Of a stretch of 64,000 nucleotides of DNA, positions 26,201 to 38,900 are shown piece after piece. A program made the translations under genes and the position numbers. Positions within the stretch are counted from its first letter, which is position 1; the number at the start of each line of letters is the position of its first letter. Under the pieces are notes generated by a model. It was not told where the DNA came from. It saw nothing but the letters and a program-made list of their open reading frames with translations, and made no database searches. Source of the DNA: Acanthaster planci (lineage: Eukaryota); assembly GCF_001949145.1 (NCBI RefSeq), contig NW_019091357.1, positions 3,682,228 to 3,746,227 on the forward strand, written 5' to 3'.

Positions 26201-29200
26201 TGTCGGCTGGGAGAGGGCTGCTTTACAGGTAGTTGTGCTGCAACACCTAGACCTGATTGGGAAATATGGTGGGTTAGGCAAATGCGGTTGCAGTGGTTAA
26301 GATAACCACAACCATATGATGAATTAACCGTGAGGGGCAAAAAACTGTTGTACATGTACTTAACAAATAATTACAATACTGAGTGCATTTACACTGGAAT
26401 CTTTAATGTACTTCTTGTAAAGAGGACCGGGGATACGATATGTACATGTACACCGTATCACAGAATCTTGACACAATTGCCATTGTGCATGTTGCACCCA
26501 TGCATAGCAGCATTAGGTTTGTGCTCATTTTGATGAAAACTTCACTTCAGTGTCTTAAGAGTTATACACAAGGGAGCAGAATACACTGAAGGTGGGTCCC
26601 CTTCACTACATTTCCTCTAATTACACAATGCCACCTGCTGCTCCGGGTGGTTGAGGTTTGTGACTCATGGTCATGCTGTGGGGGGAGGCGGGGGAAGGAG
26701 TGGATGAATCCAACTGCAGGACATGTGTCCGTGAGCAAGTCACTTTACCCTTTCTGGCCTTCCTCATGGCAGGAGTGTAATGAGTATGGGCTGCCCAGAA
26801 ACACCAATGTACATGGAGACACAAAGAGACATACATGTGCATATGTTTATTTGAATGAATGACACATTATGAAAATTTTGTGCCAGCTTGGAATACACTA
26901 GGAAGATTGACCGTCTTTCCACCAGAATTGTGCAAGGTCGCAAAGGGATTAACTTCGATAGGGGAACATTTCCTCACTTCTTCCGTTGGTGCTACAAAAT
27001 GCTCCTGCCTGCTTTTCACGGATGATGTCATCGGGTGAAGGAGAAGAGAAATCGAATGGAATGATTTCACTCCCTGGGTCGGCAGTGCCTCCACTCCAAG
27101 ACGTCTGCCGCTGGTAGGAGAACTGCCTGTTTACGGTGGGCCTTGAGTGCTGCTTCTGGAAGACATAAGAGGCAATTCTGAGCCCTCGCTGATCCGACAG
27201 CTCTCGTGATTTGTCCATGTATTTGGAGCAAAGTGCCCTTCCGAATACAGAGGGATTGGCGAGCAGGTAGAATCGGTCTTGTCTGACATACAGTCTGTGC
27301 AGCTTTGGCAGGGGTTTGGTTTCTTGATCAGTTGTGGCTGGGAAATTAACATAGTCATGAGGATCTGAACTCCGAATGTCGACTGCTGAATTGTGGTCTG
27401 GTGTGGAAACTATCCGGGACTGGAAACCAGGGGGTGTTGGTACCCTCTTCTTTAATTCACTTCCTTCAGTTTCTTCTGAAGTCACAGACCCGAAACCTGG
27501 AGGTGATTTCGCAGACACAGGTTGGAATCCCGGTGGGGAGGCTGGTCCCGTACTTGAGGTAGCTTTGTGCAGCTGTATTTCAGACTCCTCAGTGGGAATG
27601 ACTGTGGAATGTGAGTGAGCAGACATCTTGGCAGCTTTCTCTACCATCAATTCACCTGGAATGTTTTTCAAAGTGGACCAACTGCCTTTTACTGGCTCTG
27701 CATCTGGCAACGGGTTGTGTGAGTCAACAGTAGCGGGCTTAGTGTTTAGGGACATAAGAGTAGACTTTGCACTGAGATCTTGAGACAGGTGGGTCTTTGC
27801 CAGTCTTTCTAGGGAAGCACCAGCTGGCTTCATGGCTGCAGGGGGTAACGCAAGGGTAGATGACTGGTGGGCCATGGCCAAATTAGAGAGAGATAGTCCA
27901 GCCATGCCGTGGGGCCTTGTCGGGGGAGTTTGCCCAATGGAGGGACATTTGACTGCAGCTTGCACCCTATGTGCACTTGAAGAGAGGTGGGCAGTTGCTA
28001 GGCTGAACAAAGACGATCCAGTCCCTGCACCGGGCCTCTGGGCACCTTGGCCAATTTCCATTCCGGACGGAGGGACATTTGAGGAGCTGATGGTACTTGT
28101 TCTTTGGGAGGGCATGGACTGAATTTTGGATGATTTTGTGGAGAGATGGGAAGAGGCTAAGCTTGACAGAGAGATTCCAGCTCCCGGCTTCAAGCCACCA
28201 GCTCCCAGTTGTTGGCTTTCTTTAGTTGGGAGCATCCTTGGTGGAGTTACCAAGGTGGAATGCTGTGACAAGTCAGACAATGAGAACGCGGACCCACTTC
28301 CGCCAGCCAGGGGTCCCTTATTTGTACCCAAGTGCAACGTGGCGAGATCAGACAGTGATGATGAACCCTGACCTTGAGCTTTACTATTTTCTTTCGAGGA
28401 TGATGCAAGATGGGAACTGGCTAAGGCAGAGAGGGGTAACGATGAAATCTGTGGGTTAATTGCACTTGGCCTTGATGGGGCCAAAGAGGAAAAACATTTT
28501 GTGGAATGACTGGCCTTCATGAGATCTGCAAGCGGAACTTTTGATACATTGGACGACACCTGTTTGTAAGGGATCGCGTTGGATTTAATGAGGTCTGAAA
28601 GGGAACTCGGAGAACCAACTTGGTTTTTCTGTATTGATGCCTGACCCTTTCTGTTTACTAATAAATCTTTTGTTTTGGTTGACGGCTTTTTGTCAGCAGT
28701 TCTCTGTACTACATTGCACTTCCCTATGGTAAAATCACTGACTCCTTACCTTACCATAGCCAAAAGATGCCAAGCAATGCATGATGGGAGAGGTTTGTTG
28801 GGGTACCAGGTGCAGATAACAGGTGAGGAACAGAGTCATCGAGGAGAAAGGTTCGAGAAGAGGAAGAAAAACAGACAGGGGCATTCTATTAGGTGAATAA
28901 TGAAGGCATGCAGGAACTACTGTGAAATAGGCACTTTTTAAAATACGGATATATGCACTTTTACTCAAAATCCCCCAAATTAAAAAATTACAATTCGACA
29001 AAAATAAGGTTACGTGTATATGGGCATTACTGCAACCAACCATCCAATTCTCCAGAAACTCTCAAAACATCAAACAAACAAAACAAGAGCCAAAATTTTG
29101 TCAAATGCAAGAAAGGCAATTTCTTTTTTTGGGGGGGGACTTCATCTCTGCTTCCCCAAAGCACATAAAAACAAGTCTAGCCTCATTTCCGAAAAAGCCT

Positions 29201-32200
29201 ACAAATCCTAACTCTGCCAAAGGCAGCACAGGGCATCAAGTGAAAAGTCTGATGCACTGGGCAATCAAGAGCAGCCAAACAAACTGGCCATGTTGAGACA
29301 ACGGGAACCAGTCCCATTGAACAATGCCACTATTGTATCTTGTGGTACATGCAGATCGCAACCACAGACGCCCAGGCTGTTTGGCCTTGGGAAAAGTTGG
29401 CCTGTTGGATCTTATTACACAGGGCAGGCGAGCCACTTTGACAAATGATGCAATTTGATGCATCAGGCAGGGTTTTTAACCTAAGTAGACTGGAGGGCTA
29501 AAGGTTACCAAAAAATTCTAAATATGTAGCCCCCCTGAAAAGTCCCCCTTCTTAAATGTGGCCAGGGATCTGCCCTTGTTATTGTAACTGCCTGACACTT
29601 ATTAACTTCACTTTCATCCTTTCCCAAGCTCAGGCATGGTCTTTTTCATGAAAAGTTGAAAATGCATAGCCAGTGCCAGATATTTGGACGCTGCCTATAT
29701 TTCTCTATAAGGTAAGTCTGGATGGTAACTCACCTCCCTGTGCTTGCGAGTTGTTGTTGTTCCCGGCACCGCTCTCCTGCTGGTCCAGGATGGCATTGAG
29801 CGCTTTCTCGAAGTTGAAGCTGTGTGCCACAGCCATCTCAATCAGGGTCCGTTCGGGGACGGTCTCCCCAACCACATTGCGGATCTCCTCTAGGCAGGAC
29901 TGCAGCTGAGCTGAATTTACGGTAGAAGAGTGGGGAAAAACACAAGTAAAGAGAGAGAGAAATATCAAACCCAACAGCTTTCAGGATCTACGTTAAGAGG
30001 AACAGGAAAGGGACAGGGGGTGGTGTAATAGCTGTTAAGAGGAGGGTATTTCTGTTATTTCCCCTCCTTATTATTTCCATGTATTTAGCAACTCAATACT
30101 GGATGCCAAAATATTCTTTTATGGGGGGGTAGGAAGAAATCTGACTCATCTGACCCTCTTCAATATCTGAGAGTTGGGGTCGCTGGTAGTTGGCGGAATC
30201 TCCAAGGGATCGTTCCGAGTCTCGCCTCGCCCGACTATCTTCCTCCTCTTTCTTTAAGTCATCTTCCCCTTCCTCCAGAAAGGATGCCAGCCGGTGATGC
30301 TGAAGGCTACGGTGGTAAATGAACTGCTCCGCTGTGGGAAGACAGAAATTGATGGTGTTTTTTATACGCTACATGTAGCTCTAAGCACCCGTCTCTGTTT
30401 TAATCCAGGACAACCTTGAAGAGAAATCCCTAGATAGGTTAATTTTTTACTGATATAAACAATGAATTGCTCTGAGAACTAAATGCAGGATAACTTAATT
30501 ACTGCATGTGATATGGCATCTTCAAAATGTTCAAGACAGAATTGTCGGAGTGGTGCTACAAGCTTTTTTCTTTTCAAATGCTCCGGAAGCTGCAATGCTA
30601 TCAGACGCAACAATGAACAACAGATGTAATTGATCTGAGCGACCTACACGTACATGTACTGACCAGTAGCAACAGTGTAGGTGCCAGTTCCGAAATGCAA
30701 GCAGCGATTCCTTTGAACAATATCACGGCTCGATCCTGTCACTTAAGGCGGTGGTTGGCAGCCTCAGAGACTGAAGCTATGGTTTTCAGATGGCCTACAC
30801 AAAGCAGTCATTGCACTCTAACTTTGATACCGTAATTGTATGCACCTGTTATAAGCAGGACGTAATAGCCAGGACAACTGGGAGGTTGGGCTGTAGTGTA
30901 AAGGCCTTGTATAAATCTAGCACATTGTCCTTCATTCACAAATGATGCTATACCTGTTGATGGAGACACACCATAATCATCCTCCACTGAGTGTCCATAA
31001 ACATCATCGTAGCCTTCATAATCTGTGTAAATCATATTGTGAAAGATGTTACAAACGTAGAAAAACCTTTGGTTCACATACATGTACCTCCAACCAATTA
31101 TCCCATACACAATGTTTAATTTTTATAGGCCAAGTATGAGCAAAACAACCTCAAGTAAAACTCATGAACACAGAAAATACACACATAAATAAGAGACCAA
31201 GTTCTGTGAATTAACTTGAGGAAAACCTCTTGCATGTGATATGCATGTACGGCTGATGTAGTATAATCGACTGGAATGTACGGTACATGTATAGACTGGC
31301 TCTGGTTGCTACATTTCCATCACACGCAGTTGCTTGTGTGCGGCGGGAACCATAGCAGCTTCATTTAATGCACTGAGCTTTGCGCAAGTGTTTTCACCAC
31401 TGCGACAGCGAGCGTCAGTGGAATTGTTCGAGAAGGTTCGAAATTAAAAAATGACATTTCGGTGACAAGAGGTATTTGTCTAGATTTGCAACATAATCGC
31501 CAATCTTTCTTGCCAGGTCAATGGAATAATAGCCAAAACTACAATTATTCGCCAATTGGCGAGAATGGCGAATGGTACATGTAGCTGGAACCCTGACACA
31601 GTCACAGACAGTGCTGGGTGAACATGTGTCACTGTCACCTTAGTGTCAGACAGTCCTCAAGACATGCAAGACAGAGTTTAGTCCAGTATCCTACGTAAAC
31701 AACGCAGCTGATTCAGCAATAAAGTGTGAATTCCGCAGTCATTGCATAGCTGCACTGGATCTAATTTCATGGTATTGCAAAGCACAACATTTTAGGCTAG
31801 AGCCTAGGCTCTGCATATTTCATGGAGACCGTGCGGTCACACTAATAAACTTCAAAACAACGTCAATGCAACATCAACACGCGTCAACACATGATAGTAA
31901 CGTCAACACACCCAAATCACGTTCCAAGTTAACAGAAATGCAATTCGATAGCAATATAATGCCTAAAATACAATTTTGCTAACAACAGTTGCTGACATTT
32001 GGGGGAAATGGCTGTTAACACACCGCACAGCCACGAAAGACGAAAGCCATGTTGCCTCTCGGTCAGACGGATAATACCATTACGCTATAGGGGTCACCTT
32101 TATACCGTAAACCATAGTACGGTCCAAACGCCGCGAGAAGGCAAGATGGTGGTAAATGGTGGCGCTGCTCAGAGACTATTTTTTCGCATGAAAAAACTCC

Positions 32201-32510
32201 CTTGAAATACATGTATAGTAAAATGTAAACTCAATTAAATGGAAATTATTCCTAAGCGTATACATTACAGTTTGATACTTCTGTTTTCAATGCATTTTGT
32301 AAGTGTTGACGTTACTACAATGTGTTGACGGTGTGTTGACTCTGATAAGTACGACCCAGACTGTGGCCTCTGGCGCATGGCCACGGTGGCAGAGCAGTAG
32401 TGCATGTCTCCATGCGCATGATGGGTGCCGGCGCCTGTACTCAAACAGTGAACTACATGAAACCTACCCTCCCCATAGTCCATCCCCCTGACGTTCCTAT
32501 GTCTTGACAT
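14240..32510 (-). CDS. HBS1L: HBS1-like translational GTPase (long isoform, Pelota partner)
   Basis: Minus-strand exons: 32510-32468 ([14 protein letters not shown]), 31022-30954, 30331-30155, 29910-29734, 26252-25967, 23711-23582, 23055-22927 ([18 protein letters not shown]), 22777-22671, 22195-22078 ([19 protein letters not shown]), 21865-21644 (VAINKLD), 21171-21054 (CSGLTGENL), 20832-20764, 18514-18410, 18164-18074, 17657-17549, 17416-17316, 15116-14972 ([20 protein letters not shown]) and 14251-14240 (IKR*). All junctions are GT-AG and in phase. An N gap at 24736-25298 lies inside an intron. Confidence 0.96.
20174..20361. mobile_element. Short MITE with terminal inverted repeats
   Basis: CAGTGTTGTAGTTGAGACCA ... 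TGGTCTCAGCTACAACACTG, plus internal inverted cacaagacca/tggtcttgtg motifs. Confidence 0.65.
24635..25619. mobile_element. TIR-bounded non-autonomous element spanning an assembly gap
   Basis: AATGGACCTTTCCCAT (24635) and ATGGGAAAGGTCCATT (ends 25619) form a perfect 16-bp inverted repeat, with inner atgaaat.tgcaaat similarity. Confidence 0.6.
26846..26851 (-). terminator. Candidate poly(A) signal of the short SKI7-like HBS1L isoform
   Basis: AATAAA (tttatt on +) about 100 nt downstream of the alternative-exon stop codon. Confidence 0.5.
26949..28723 (-). CDS. HBS1L: Alternative terminal exon of HBS1L encoding a SKI7-like (HBS1LV3-type) exosome-adaptor isoform
   Basis: A phase-1 acceptor (ttttaccatag|GG AAG TGC) at 28723 matches the phase-1 donor of exon 4 (29734). 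About 590 codons are open to TAA at 26949. The C-terminus has [11 protein letters not shown] and [23 protein letters not shown]. An AATAAA lies on the minus strand at 26851-26846. Confidence 0.9.
31874..32340. mobile_element. Foldback/MITE-like inverted repeat in HBS1L intron 1
   Basis: tcaacacgcgtcaacacatgatagtaacgtcaacac (31874-31909) pairs with gtgttgacgttactacaatgtgttgacggtgtgttga (32303-32339). Confidence 0.5.
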
Positions 32511-32917
32511 CTTGGTCAGTATGTTATGACCATGCACGCTGCAGAAAAATACCTAACAAACGAGCTATGCTGAAATGTGTCCAGGAGGAAAAAGCAATGT
32601 GGACTTCAGCAGCCATGTTGGACGATGCATTATGGGAAGCGACATAGACTTGCTAGTTCGCACTTTTCGATCCAACTCCGCGTGCATGCTACGCAGCCCT
32701 TCCCTATTCCGCCTTGTGCAGGAGTAGTTATCTTCACGCATTGCTGCGTCCACTGCTACCTGGAATACTTGTAGCGAGTCTAGACTGAGGAACTGCGCTC
32801 GAGATATTTTGGCAAACTTTGATCGTTGAGTTTGATAGGTGTTGATACCTTCATTTTGCTTAAGACTGGACCTATCCTGGCTCTGGAATTGGTGAGGTAG
32901 TTGTCGGGCATCTGGAG
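32511..32917. promoter_or_regulatory. Probable bidirectional promoter and 5' UTRs between HBS1L and ANKRD29
   Basis: Divergent start codons at 32510 (-) and 32918 (+) are only ~400 bp apart. Confidence 0.6.
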
Positions 32918-35900
32918 ATGTCAGCTAAGGCAAGTAGCAAATATTGTTTTAAGGAAATGGAAATGAATCCTAGTGGAGCATGTAGAGCAATCTCAATAAT
33001 TATTGACAATAAATTGACAGTTGAGCGTTGTACAACACTAGGCTACATGTGTTGTATGTACAGTACATGTAGGCCTACATGTACGTCATACATGTAACAT
33101 TGACAAACCTAGCGCCTAGGCCTCACACAAATACAAGTTAGGGGCCGTCCATGATCATTTGTATGTACATGTATGCAAGAGAGGGGGGTTGGTGCCGTTG
33201 GGTACACCATGCATATAGAGCTAGAGAGGGGGGTTAAAGCAAGCACGTTCGATACGCAGACTGAAAATTGGCCTGTAAATGAATCTTCATCATATCAATA
33301 CACTTTATCATGCAAATAAGTAAGAATCAGCTTTTGTGTGTCGAAATTCAAACACAGTATCTTCCATCGTCCATTTTACCATTTATCGCCCATAGTGAAC
33401 TGCAACATTACGACACAAAGACCTGAAGACCAGCATTGTCTTCTGGAATTGTGGAATGCGTATGCGAGGGGGGGTTAGGACTGTGCCAAATATCTGAATA
33501 TTTGATTGTCTATTGAATATTAAAATACTACTTTCCGAATTTAAATATTCGAATGCAAAACTGTAGGGAAAATTTTCTCTTGTTTTCAATGAGAAAAATC
33601 GCACTATAGAGGCTTGCTTCAAGCAGATCTATTCAAATGAAAAGGGACAGAAATCTCACAATTCAAAAGTAAATTGTTCATTAAACAATTAAAAGGAATA
33701 GAAATTTTTAACGGGGCAAAAAATATTCCAATTGTTCATCTTCTAAATCTTGGTTAATCGTGGCTGGAAATACTCCTTGTGAGAAGCTATAATATTAATT
33801 AAAACATACAATCGTGTGTTACTGCAGCTGAATATGGATTGTTCATCAACAATCCGCCGATTAGTACGACCAAATATTCGATTAAATTGAAGGTCGGATA
33901 TTCGAATGGTGAATTATTTGAATTGACTCAGTCCCAGGGGGAGGGAGGTTGGAGCCACTGCGTCATGCCATGCGTACGGGGCGAGGGAGGGGTCTGGCAT
34001 TTCGTGCGTACATGGAAGTACAGTACTTTATGGACAGCCCCTTAGGGCTATGACGATCCTGACAATGTATGCGCATTGCAAACTGTTACATGTTCACTGT
34101 CGCACTTGTAAAACATATAAGATATATACATGTACATGTAGGTACATGTATGCCTATCACTTTTCTGTTAAGCCTGTCCCAGTAGGCCTACTAGTACTAC
34201 TAGGCCCTACTACTACCTTTAGCTCCATGTTTAATAGCTAAACGTGGGGCTGAACAAAAATATGCCGTTTGTATTGGGACCATAACAGCAAATTGTTTAC
34301 GATGACTTTTGGCCGTTTGGACACACGTAAGTAAATAAGCGTTATGTATTCTGTAAAAAAAATTAAATGGCAATATGCCTTTGCTTGGGGGATAACTCCC
34401 CTTGTAGGGCAGGCCTCTACTTTTGACTGTACATGTACATTTTATTGTATTAGCACCTTCAGTGTAGTTCAATCAGTGGCACGTTTGCCATTTCTGCAAA
34501 GGAAAAATTTGGATCAGAATTGATTGAAATAGAAACAGTTTTTCCAAAGTAAACAATCTTGTAAACTGCTTGGCTGAATGGCAACAGTTATGCAAACTTT
34601 AAAACTTGGCTGGAAAAAATACCATTTACATGTACAACAGACCTTCCTCACACATCAATTTTGTAATGTACACATGCAGTATCGATCACTTTCCCACGCC
34701 CACTGGACTGAGGTCTGGCATCTGGAATGGACATTATGCACAAGAGTGGCTCCAGTTGTATTGATGTGAATTATTAGTTCTTGCTGACAAGTTCGTCTGC
34801 CTGTACTTGTACTACATGTACAAGAAAAATCAACAACCAAAAAAGAAACCTAACCAATGAGGAAAACTCCGACTGGAATTCCCTCCAAATAAATTAATCA
34901 CAGTAGAAAAACATATAAGCAACCCAAACTAGAAAAGTCAAGATAATTTCAAAAAAGTACATGTAAGCTTTAAAAGACAACTTAAAGGTGTCAGAACAGG
35001 GTTCAGAATGCAAAGAGACCTGAAGAGAATTCCATAAGGATGGAGCACTACTAGAAAAGACTTTGTCATCAGAAGCGCTCGTTTTGGTTCTCTTAAAGTG
35101 CAGAAGGTTTTGAGAAGCGAAGCGGATGGGTCTGATAGGTAGGAGAAATAAGGTCAGACAAGTGTGTAATCATGGAGGGATTTGTAGGTTAACAGGAAAT
35201 TTAACAATTTCTTGTATTGAAGAATTTTTTGATCTTACATGTATATTCTTTTTCATTTTCAAAAAATTTAACAAGGTCTTTTTTAAATTTTAGTTGACGA
35301 GAATACTTGTTGTTAAGCAGGCTGTGTTTTTTTCCTCCTGGGTTTTTTGCTCAGTAGTTTGTTTCTTTTATCTTTTACATGTATGCAGTGTACTAATTGG
35401 TTTCCAAAGAGTCATTTTTTTTCTATTTAGAAATATCAGTTAATATTTAATTTATTATACATATCTTTCATTTTTTGTTTTGATTTGTTTAAATTTATTT
35501 TAGATAGGCCCTGATTTAAACTATATAAGTTTGCGGTAGCACCATGGATATACATGTATCTCTTTTTTTAGTATAAAAGAACTAGTGGAGATAACTTATT
35601 TATTGTTTATTTATTTATTTTAATGCTTTATTTGTTTATTTTTTATTTTTATTATTTTTCTTATGAAGCGTAAATGTGTTTATTTTTTTAGGTGTTTTTT
35701 TTGCCCTGATGGCCACCCAAAGTACATTGACCCAAAGTGAAAGTTTCTGTGTAGCTCCATGATTTGGGAAGTTGGGAGTCAGGCAGCAAGAACCATAAAA
35801 TGCAAGTCAAGACTGTTCAACTGTGTTCAGGTTTTAAGTTTGTATTTGCGTACACATTGGAAACTTGAAATCCCATGTTTGCTAAATTTTAAGTGAAGTA

Positions 35901-38900
35901 CATGTACAGTGTACATGTACATACACTGTACACGTACATGTGTTCTTTTTGCAGTGCTGTTAGCAGCCCTGTGTACATACATGTACATGTACATGTACTA
36001 CATTTCTACCACCATGATATGGCAGGTACTATTTTCATGTACATGTCCTCTGACAGTGAAACCTGAGACAGTCGGTCTGCATTCCAGGCATGACTCCAGG
36101 CATGCATAATCTCTCAAAGGGGAATGATGCTGATAAGAGTAGTTCATATTATGAGCAATTTAATAGTGTGGAGTCCATCATGATCATTGTGGGAAAGGAA
36201 CTGATGCAGTACATGTACTTGTACATGTGTGTCCCATATACTATAGGGCTGTGCTGAATATCCTGATATTCACATATTATTTTCTGAAGTCAACTATTCG
36301 AAAGCAAAATTCATGAAAACGAAGGGAGAATTTTCATTTGCTTTAAATGAGCAAAATAGTCCCGTGAAGGCTTGTTTCAAGCAGATTCAAATGAAAAGTG
36401 GCAAGAATCTTACAGTGATTCAAATGGTAAATTATTCATTACAAAATTTTTAAGGACAAGAAGTATTGTTCTCTTATAAATCTTACTAAATTGAGACTGG
36501 AGATGCATGTACCGGTAGTTCTAGACGTGAGAAGCTATTATAGAGATTATAATGTACAATTGTGTGCATTATTGCAAGTGATTTTGTATAAATTGATTGT
36601 TCATCAACAATATGAGTCTGGTCGTTATGACTGGAGTCGGATATTCCATCAAATTGAAGGTCAAATATTCGAAAAACGAATAGTTCAAATTGAATCAGTC
36701 CTAGTCCCATAGATGAAACAAGTGTATTCTGACTTTTTATCTTGGAATGGGTCCATATACATGTACGTGGGTGGAAAGATAAAAGGGGGAAGGTAGGGGT
36801 GTGTTTGGGTGTTGGTGGAGATTATTAAATTTTTTTTGAATGATAAAATTATAGAAAGGTATAACTTAGATTCAACCACATCTTTTATTTCCTGTTTACA
36901 ATCTTAAACTAATTAATACTTGTCATTATTTTAGCAGTCGTTGGTGTTTTTGTGAATTGAATTAATTTTGAAATTTCTTTTTTGTTTTTTAAACAAACTA
37001 CATGCAGTAAATTTTCTTTAAATTAATTTCAGCTTGTAAAGGAACTTTTGTATCATTTTGTCAGATACATGTATTGACATTACTTTCTATATACATGTGT
37101 ATACTGATCCACGAAATTACTGTAATCATTGTCACAGAAAGCTACAATGTACATGTGTACATGTACATACGTGGACATAATTATACATACACATGTACAT
37201 GTACATGTAGTGTGCAAGGTTAATGCACACGTGTACATAAATGTGTCCTGTTTTTATGTAGAGCAACATGGACATTAACATGCAGAATATGAGTTTAAAG
37301 AACCATTTCAAAATAGTGTAAAGGGTAGTACATAATTTATCGGATTTGATCATTCCCTATTTTGAAAGAACATGGGAAATCCATCAAAATATATTGTATC
37401 CATCATACATGTACATGTATAACATGATGCACAAAAATACATATTCTTTAAGCAGTCGTGCTGACATATGATATCCAACCCTACTACATGTACATGTACA
37501 CCAATAATATTGTGTGTTTCTGTCAGATCTGACAGACATATTCCCTCTGCTATTGCTAAGCTCTGTTAGTTGCAGCTGGCTATACACTGTGATGTTGGGC
37601 TCTGTTGGATTTGTCTGATGTAGCATGTGTACAGTAAAGCTTTCAAACAACCCTATATTCTGTTATGTGGAGCGATCCTGAATTTGCTTGACAGCAGGTT
37701 CATCTCATGAGATGCCAGAAAAGATGCATGTTTGAGGTACCCGCCCAAGGAATTTGAATTCACTTCCAAATGACTGTTGGAAGCTTTTTTTTTCTCTTCA
37801 CTCTTTCCACAGAAGGAGAGCAAGTCAGACCAGCAGCTCCATCTAGCAGCCCTTCAGGGCAACCTGTCGCTGCTCAGGAGAACACTAGATGGAGGCAAGG
37901 TCCACGTTGACTGCAAGGATAAGGTGAATGGTCCATTGTGGAAATAGACCAAGCTCTCTCAACTGAGGGAGGGGCAGTATTTATAGACTGCATATGAAGC
38001 AGTCAGCAACTTATTTGGAAGGGTAGCATTTCTGGTGTGGAGCCCATTTTTCAGGGAACTAAATTTGTCAACTTTCTGTCAAGCATCTGCTTAATTATTT
38101 CCACTCTTGTTGTAATCAACAGTTGGTATACATGTAGATGGCTTGTTATCTTTCTTCTCAAACTTACAATTTTTTGTGTATTTAAATGTCCTTGACATAC
38201 ATGTACGGTACATACATTTGTATATAGAGATTTGAAAAATTCCTGTCCTGCTTCAGAGTGGGGACAGATAATTTTTGATCAAGGTAAATAAGGTCGTACA
38301 TGAAACCAAACATAAATGTATATTGAGTCTTCAGTCACTTTGTGCTGTGTATACACAGTTACTTGGTTATGGCACACATTGAGTGGTTGGTGAAATACAA
38401 TGTAGGTCGAGTCTGCATACCTGTACACAGTATCTCTGGAGGAACTGCCATGATACCGGTGTCATAGTGCCCAGGCTTTAGTCCTATACATGTAGTCATC
38501 CATTGCTGACAAGCTCGCGTTAGATTAGTTTGAGACACCACAGTTTTTATAAAGGGGCCGTCCATAATGTACCGGTATGAACGCACAAAGGAGGGAGGGG
38601 GTTGGTGCCATTGCATATACCATGCGTACAAAGGGGAGGGGAGTTGGTGCCATTGCATACACCATGCGTACAAAGGGGAGGGGAGTTGGTGCCATTGCAT
38701 ACACCATGCGTACAAAGGGGAGGGGAGTTGGTGCCATTGCATACAGCATNNNNNNNNNNNNNNNNNNNNNNNNNNNNNNNNNNNNNNNNNNNNNNNNNNN
38801 NNNNNNNNNNNNNNNNNNNNNNNNNNNNNNNNNNNNNNNNNNNNNNNNNNNNNNNNNNNNNNNNNNNNNNNNNNNNNNNNNNNNNNNNNNNNNNNNNNNN

